Origin: Bugula neritina
Lineage: Eukaryota; Animalia; Bryozoa
Length of the DNA stretch: 64,000 nucleotides
Direction: 5' to 3'
Assembly (NCBI GenBank): GCA_964035545.1
Contig: OZ037765.1
Coordinates: 62,001 to 126,000, forward strand
Shown: positions 56,501 to 64,000 of the stretch, piece after piece
Layout of the letters: every line of letters begins with the position of its first letter
Position numbering within the stretch: the stretch's first letter is position 1
Notes under the pieces: model-generated
The model's input: the letters and a program-made list of their open reading frames with translations, nothing else
Databases searched by the model: none
What the model was told of the DNA's origin: nothing
Position numbers and translations under genes: made by a program

Positions 56501-57604
56501 ACACTTACAATAAAGTTAGCATTTCCTGCTTAAAAGTCACACTTGGTAAGACATCCTTTGTGTGGCTGCTCTTACAACATGACAAATAAAAGTAGTAATA
56601 AAAAGTGACTCATTCCTTACACACCTCTCACTCATAACTTTATTTAAAGTTTATTATATTTCAAGAATACCACAGAACTGATGCCCTATCCAAGTGGTGA
56701 AAATGCAATTCACTCTCAGAAACTCCATACGTCTATCAACTGGTTACCTCAACTAATCAAAATTTATTGGCACGTTTTGAGCATTGCATCAATTACTAAT
56801 CGTTTATTAACGAGTTAAGTATTCTTCCAGCTGAGTGTGTGTCATAGTTGTCAATCATTCGAGATGTGGTGGGCGGAGCTATCCTACATGCGGTAAATCT
56901 GATTGACAGGTAAAACACGTGGGATTACCCAACACCCACAGCGTGAAATGAGAAGGAATGAAGAAATTTTATGATAAATATAGAATGAGTAGGCCGAAGT
57001 GACTAATTTCCTACTGAGTAAACACACAAGGTGAATATGTCCTTAACCAGGTAGCTCGTTATTCAGTAGAGTTGCTGTTTCAGTCTCAAGTTAAATCAGA
57101 CACAATCCTAAACATTTTAGACTGTCCTTGGAGAATGTGTGAAGAGCAAGAGCTGTAATAGGGGTCAATCAGGTAGTAGTAGTAAATGTAAACTCGCGCA
57201 GTCACTAAGGCACCAATAGAATGACAAGAGAAACTTGTAGTAAATACATGTAATGTTAGACTTACGCTGAACGCAATGCCACGTATTGCTCTCACAACCT
57301 CAAACCTTAGCATTTTTGGTCGACCAATAAAATCTTTTCCTCTTTTCAGGTAAGCTTCCCGATAGGCTTCGTAAGAGTTGATGACTACAGCTGGCTGACT
57401 GAGGATTTGTATTCTGAATACGTCACCAAACTGCTCGGCAAACTCTGTGAACTGTAAGTGCAGCTCTGAGAAGCGGAACTGAACGTTGCCAAATATGGGC
57501 AGGCGGAACGGTCCCGGAATTACTTGGAGCTTGTCTTTCTGTTGGCAAACTACATAAATGAGAGTCAATACTACAACCGCTAAGATGATGGTGATCAAAT
57601 CCAT
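53573..57604 (-). CDS. Cytochrome P450, probably clan 2 (CYP1/2/17-like); exons 57604-57266, 56417-56223, 56115-55909, 55783-55400, 55152-55025, 53783-53573
   Basis: N-terminal TM + PGPFRLPIFGN, I-helix GGVETT, ELMR (ExxR), KPERF, haem motif FGLGKRGCIG; GT-AG introns in phase. Confidence 0.95.
53806..55017. repeat. 33-bp intronic minisatellite (ctagttctagcatacagcagtgctaactctctca-type)
   Basis: Fills the last CYP intron almost end to end. Confidence 0.95.
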
Positions 57605-58319
57605 AGTGGATGAGTTTCGACCCCAGTTGATTATGTGCAAGTCCAGTTATAGACTATTAGCTGCAGAAGCTCTGCACCTGTTTTTATACAACAGAGAAAG
57701 CAGCCGTACAGCATAGTCCCGCCTACTACAGACTATACAGCCTGCACAGAGTGGAGCTTCTTGTTGCAGAAGAGTAACTCCGCCTACTATCAAATAAACC
57801 TTGTAAGGTCACTCTGACCTTATTATAAACACTATATTTCTGATATACATGAAACTGGTATTAGAAACAGTAACTCTGTCCAGCTACTTCCAGACAGGTT
57901 ACAGCCTAGTAAAGCTGCAACTCAACAAACCTGTTCTAGTCTATGCTGAATGAAAGAGAAATTATCCAACATTTGCCTTCAATGAGCTCATGGATCTCTA
58001 TATATAGTGTGTTACAATACAGTATATCAGGCAGACTAAGGGCTTGCCTAGGAGAATGAAGAGAAAACCTGGTAGCTGTACACACCCTGCTGCCTGCTGC
58101 TGCTTTATACCACAAACTCACTCAAGTTCAACCACAGGGGGCAGGGGCACTCAGTGAATTTAGGGTGTAGTCACTCTTTTACAATCACTGTCACAGCAAC
58201 TGGGCAAAAAATACTAAATTATGAAGTCAAATATTGAGAACAATTAAACTTCATTGAAAATAATGGAGGAATTTATAGCTGGGAGCCATTATTCTGATAA
58301 CAAAGTGTATAAACACTCA

Positions 58320-58419
58320 GTACTGCTAGCTGTTAGCCACGCCCATCCAGTTGTACTGCTAGCTGTTAGCCACGCCCATCCAGTTGTACTGCTAGCTGTT
58401 AGCCACGCCCATCCAGTTG
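58320..58419. repeat. 33-bp repeat x3 (gtactgctagctgttagccacgcccatccagtt)
   Basis: Direct reading; contains the GC-box-like ccacgccc, ~0.7 kb upstream of the CYP start. Confidence 0.85.
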
Positions 58420-58793
58420 TGAGCAGCTTTAGTATTACAATGGAGATGAGAGGGAAATAATGATGACAATTACTACTGCAATGAATGATCTCTTATTCCC
58501 ATAAACAAGCCCATTCAGCGAGCTAGAGCAACTATAGTATAACTATTATAGGCACAATCATGTCCATAATATTCTAGTAAATTAATGCAGCTTACAGGAA
58601 AAACATTATAGTATTCCAAAATGATACCCCTGTCTGTATATTTCCCTCCTAAATTACCTAATTACACAGAAACTAGCTTCTCTCTTGCAGCTTTAGAATT
58701 TCATGGGAGGGCATCCAGAACCCATCACAAAGTGGACACCAGATGGAACTGAAACTATGTGATTATTTAGTAAAATACGGCTAATCAGACAGC

Positions 58794-61700
58794 AGTATTA
58801 CTGTACATATAGTATAGTATTACTGTATATATAGTATAGTATTACTGTATATATAGTATAGTATTACTGTACATATAGTATAGTATTACTGTATATATAG
58901 TATAGTATTACTGTGTATATAGTATAGTATTACTGTGTATATAGTATAGTATTACTGTATATATAGTATAGTATTACTGTATATATAGTATAGTATTACT
59001 GTGTATATAGTATAGTATTACTGTGTATATAGTATAGTATTACTGTGTATATAGTATAGTATTACTGTATATATAGTATAGTATTACTGTGTATATAGTA
59101 TAGTATTACTGTGTATATAGTATAGTATTACTGTGTATATAGTATAGTATTACTGTATATATAGTATAGTATTACTGTGTATATAGTACAGTATTACTGT
59201 ACATATAGTATAGTATTACTGTACATATAGTATAGTATTACTGTGTATATAGTATAGTATTACTGTACATATAGTATAGTATTACTGTGTATATAGTATA
59301 GTATTACTGTATATATAGTATAGCATTACTGTGTATATAGTATAGTATTACTGTATATATAGTATAGTATTACTGTGTATATAGTACAGTATTACTGTAC
59401 ATATAGTATAGTATTACTGTATATATAGTATAGTATTACTGTATATATAGTATAGTATTACTGTGTGTATAGTATAGTATTACTGTGTATATAGTATAGT
59501 ATTACTGTATATATAGTATAGTATTACTGTGTATATAGTATAGTATTACTGTATATATAGTATAGTATTACTGTGTATATAGTATAGTATTACTGTATAT
59601 ATAGTATAGTATTACTGTACATATAGTATAGTATTACTGTGTATATAGTATAGTATTACTGTACATATAGTATAGTATTACTGTGTATATAGTATAGTAT
59701 TACTGTATATATAGTATAGTATTACTGTATATATAGTATAGTATTACTGTGTGTATAGTATAGTATTACTGTGTATATAGTATAGTATTACTGTATATAT
59801 AGTATAGTATTACTGTATATATAGTATAGTATTACTGTACATATAGTATAGTATTACTGTATATATAGTATAGTATTACTGTATATATAGTATAGTATTA
59901 CTGTGTATATAGTATAGTATTACTGTATATATAGTATAGTATTACTGTACATATAGTATAGTATTACTGTGTATATAGTATAGTATTACTGTATATATAG
60001 TATAGTATTACTGTGTATATAGTATAGTATTACTGTATATATAGTATAGTATTACTGTGTATATAGTATAGTATTACTGTATATATAGTATAGTATTACT
60101 GTACATATAGTATAGTATTACTGTGTATATAGTATAGTATTACTGTATATATAGTATAGTATTACTGTACATATAGTATAGTATTACTGTGTATATAGTA
60201 TAGTATTACTGTGTATATAGTATAGTATTACTGTATATATAGTATAGTATTACTGTGTATATAGTATAGTATTACTGTATATATAGTATAGTATTACTGT
60301 GTATATAGTATAGTATTACTGTGTATATAGTATAGTATTACTGTGTATATAGTATAGTATTACTGTGTATATAGTATAGTATTACTGTATATATAGTATA
60401 GTATTACTGTATATATAGTATAGTATTACTGTATATATAGTATAGTATTACTGTATATATAGTATAGTATTACTGTATATATAGTATAGTATTACTGTAT
60501 ATATAGTATAGTACTACAGTATATATCTCTATAGTATTACTGTACATATAGTATAGTATTACTGTATATATAGTATAGTATTACTGTATATATAGTATAG
60601 TATTACTGTATATATAGTATAGTATTACTGTATATATAGTATAGTATTACTGTATATATAGTATAGTATTACTGTGTATATAGTATAGTATTACTGTGTA
60701 TATAGTATAGTATTACTGTGTATATAGTATAGTATTACTGTATATATAGTATAGTATTACTGTATATATAGTATAGTATTACTGTATATATAGTATAGTA
60801 TTACTGTATATATAGTATAGTATTACTGTATATATAGTATAGTATTACTGTATATATAGTATAGTACTACAGTATATATCTCTATAGTATTACTGTACAT
60901 ATAGTATAGTATTACTGTATATATAGTATAGTATTACTGTATATATAGTATAGTATTACTGTATATATAGTATAGTATTACTGTGTATATAGTATAGTAT
61001 TACTGTATATATAGTATAGTATTACTGTGTATATAGTATAGTATTACTGTATATATAGTATAGTATTACTGTGTATATAGTATAGTATTACTGTATATAT
61101 AGTATAGTATTACTGTGTATATAGTATAGTATTACTGTGTATATAGTATAGTATTACTGTATATATAGTATAGTATTACTGTATATATAGTATAGTATTA
61201 CTGTATATATAGTATAGTATTACTGTATATATAGTATAGTATTACTGTATATATAGTATAGTATTACTGTATATATAGTATAGTACTACAGTATATATCT
61301 CTATAGTATTACTGTACATATAGTATAGTATTACTGTATATATAGTATAGTATTACTGTATATATAGTATAGTATTACTGTATATATAGTATAGTATTAC
61401 TGTATATATAGTATAGTATTACTGTGTATATAGTATAGTATTACTGTGTATATAGTATAGTATTACTGTATATATAGTATAGTATTACTGTGTATATAGT
61501 ATAGTATTACTGTATATATAGTATAGTATTACTGTGTATATAGTATAGTATTACTGTATATATAGTATAGTATTACTGTACATATAGTATAGTATTACTG
61601 TGTATATAGTATAGTATTACTGTATATATAGTATAGTATTACTGTACATATAGTATAGTATTACTGTGTATATAGTATAGTATTACTGTACATATAGTAT

Positions 61701-64000
61701 AGTATTACTGTACATATAGTATAGTATTACTGTGTATATAGTATAGTATTACTGTGTATATAGTATAGTATTACTGTATATATAGTATAGTATTACTGTA
61801 TATATAGTATAGTATTACTGTGTATATAGTATAGTATTACTGTGTATATAGTATAGTATTACTGTATATATAGTATAGTATTACTGTGTATATAGTATAG
61901 TATTACTGTATATATAGTATAGTATTACTGTGTATATAGTATAGTATTACTGTACATATAGTATAGTATTACTGTACATATAGTATAGTATTACTGTATA
62001 TATAGTATAGTATTACTGTGTGTATAGTATAGTATTACTGTGTATATAGTATAGTATTACTGTATATATAGTATAGTATTACTGTGTGTATAGTATAGTA
62101 TTACTGTGTATATAGTATAGTATTACTGTATATATAGTATAGTATTACTGTGTATATAGTATAGTATTACTGTGTATATAGTATAGTATTACTGTGTATA
62201 TAGTATAGTATTACTGTATATATAGTATAGTATTACTGTATATATAGTATAGTATTACTGTATATATAGTATAGTATTACTGTATATATAGTATAGTATT
62301 ACTGTATATATAGTATAGTATTACTGTATATATAGTATAGTATTACTGTGTATATAGTATAGTATTACTGTATATATAGTATAGTATTACTGTATATATA
62401 GTATAGTATTACTGTATATATAGTATAGTATTACTGTACATATAGTATAGTATTACTGTGTATATAGTATAGTATTACTGTATATATAGTATAGTATTAC
62501 TGTACATATAGTATAGTATTACTGTGTATATAGTATAGTACATAGTATAGTATATAGTATAGTATTACTGTACATATAGTATAGTATTACTGTGTATATA
62601 GTATAGTATTACTGTATATATAGTATAGTATTACTGTACATATAGTATAGTATTACTGTGTATATAGTATAGTATTACTGTATATATAGTATAGTATTAC
62701 TGTATATATAGTATAGTATTACTGTACCTATAGTATAGTATTACTGTATATATAGTATAGTATTACTGTATATAGTATAGTATTACTGTATATATAGTAT
62801 AGTATTACTGTGTATATAGTATAGTATTACTGTGTATATAGTATAGTATTACTGTACATATAGTATAGTATTACTGTGTATATAGTATAGTATTACTGTA
62901 TATATAGTATAGTATTACTGTGTATATAGTATAGTATTACTGTGTATATAGTATAGTATTACTGTATATATAGTATAGTATTACTGTATATATAGTATAG
63001 TATTACTGTACATATAGTATAGTATTACTGTATATATAGTATAGTATTACTGTATATATAGTATAGTATTACTGTATATATAGTATAGTATTACTGTATA
63101 TATAGTATAGTATTACTGTATATATAGTATAGTATTACTGTATATATAGTATAGTATTACTGTATATATAGTATAGTATTACTGTGTATATAGTATAGTA
63201 TTACTGTGTATATAGTATAGTATTACTGTATATATAGTATAGTATTACTGTGTATATAGTATAGTATTACTGTATATATAGTATAGTATTACTGTATATA
63301 TAGTATAGTATTACTGTATATATAGTATAGTATTACTGTATATATAGTATAGTATTACTGTATATATAGTATAGTATTACTGTATATATAGTATAGTATT
63401 ACTGTGTATATAGTATAGTATTACTGTGTATATAGTATAGTATTACTGTACATATAGTATAGTATTACTGTATATATAGTATAGTATTACTGTATATATA
63501 GTATAGTATTACTGTATATATAGTATAGTATTACTGTATATATAGTATAGTATTACTGTATATATAGTATAGTATTACTGTATATATAGTATAGTATTAC
63601 TGTATATATAGTATAGTATTACTGTATATATAGTATAGTATTACTGTATATATAGTATAGTATTACTGTGTATATAGTATAGTATTACTGTATATATAGT
63701 ATAGTATTACTGTGTATATAGTATAGTATTACTGTATATATAGTATAGTATTACTGTGTATATAGTATAGTATTACTGTGTATATAGTATAGTATTACTG
63801 TATATATAGTATAGTATTACTGTATATATAGTATAGTATTACTGTATATATAGTACAGTATTACTGTATATATAGTATAGTATTACTGTGTGTATAGTAT
63901 AGTATTACTGTGTATATAGTATAGTATTACTGTATATATAGTATAGTATTACTGTGTATATAGTATAGTATTACTGTGTATATAGTATAGTATTACTGTA
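58794..64000. repeat. 22-bp satellite (tagtatagtattactgtRYata), >5.2 kb, runs off the window
   Basis: Period 22 (ctg at 58801, 58823, 58845...); variants tat/tgt/cat. Confidence 0.97.

Noticed and set aside
57900-58770. Possible exons next to the terminal satellite (acceptor-like at 58690; donor-like at ~58120)
   Set aside because: No consistent frame or recognisable protein.

Overview
Eukaryotic (invertebrate animal-like) genomic DNA with compact GT-AG genes whose introns mostly carry private minisatellites. In order: a 6-exon ankyrin-repeat/caspase fusion gene (+); mitochondrial ClpP (-); an intronless HPS4-like gene (+); two tandem 12-exon prolyl 4-hydroxylase alpha genes (-); an intact Ty3/gypsy LTR retrotransposon (-) with apparently identical 306-bp LTRs; an 11-exon FAM216-like gene (+) carrying a decayed hAT transposon; TMEM38/TRIC (-); a cytochrome P450 (-); and >5 kb of 22-bp satellite. 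The most notable observations are: (1) the retrotransposon has a third ORF in the env position that is not an envelope protein. It encodes a zinc-finger / Arg-Ser-Pro-rich / coiled-coil protein, has no ATG, and is joined in frame to the first 14 codons of gag by canonical splice signals. (2) Several intronic arrays are tandem copies of the exon-intron junction itself, including 53-nt units that each start with GT and end with AG. (3) The ankyrin-caspase domain architecture. All gene models were spliced by eye; no database search was run.
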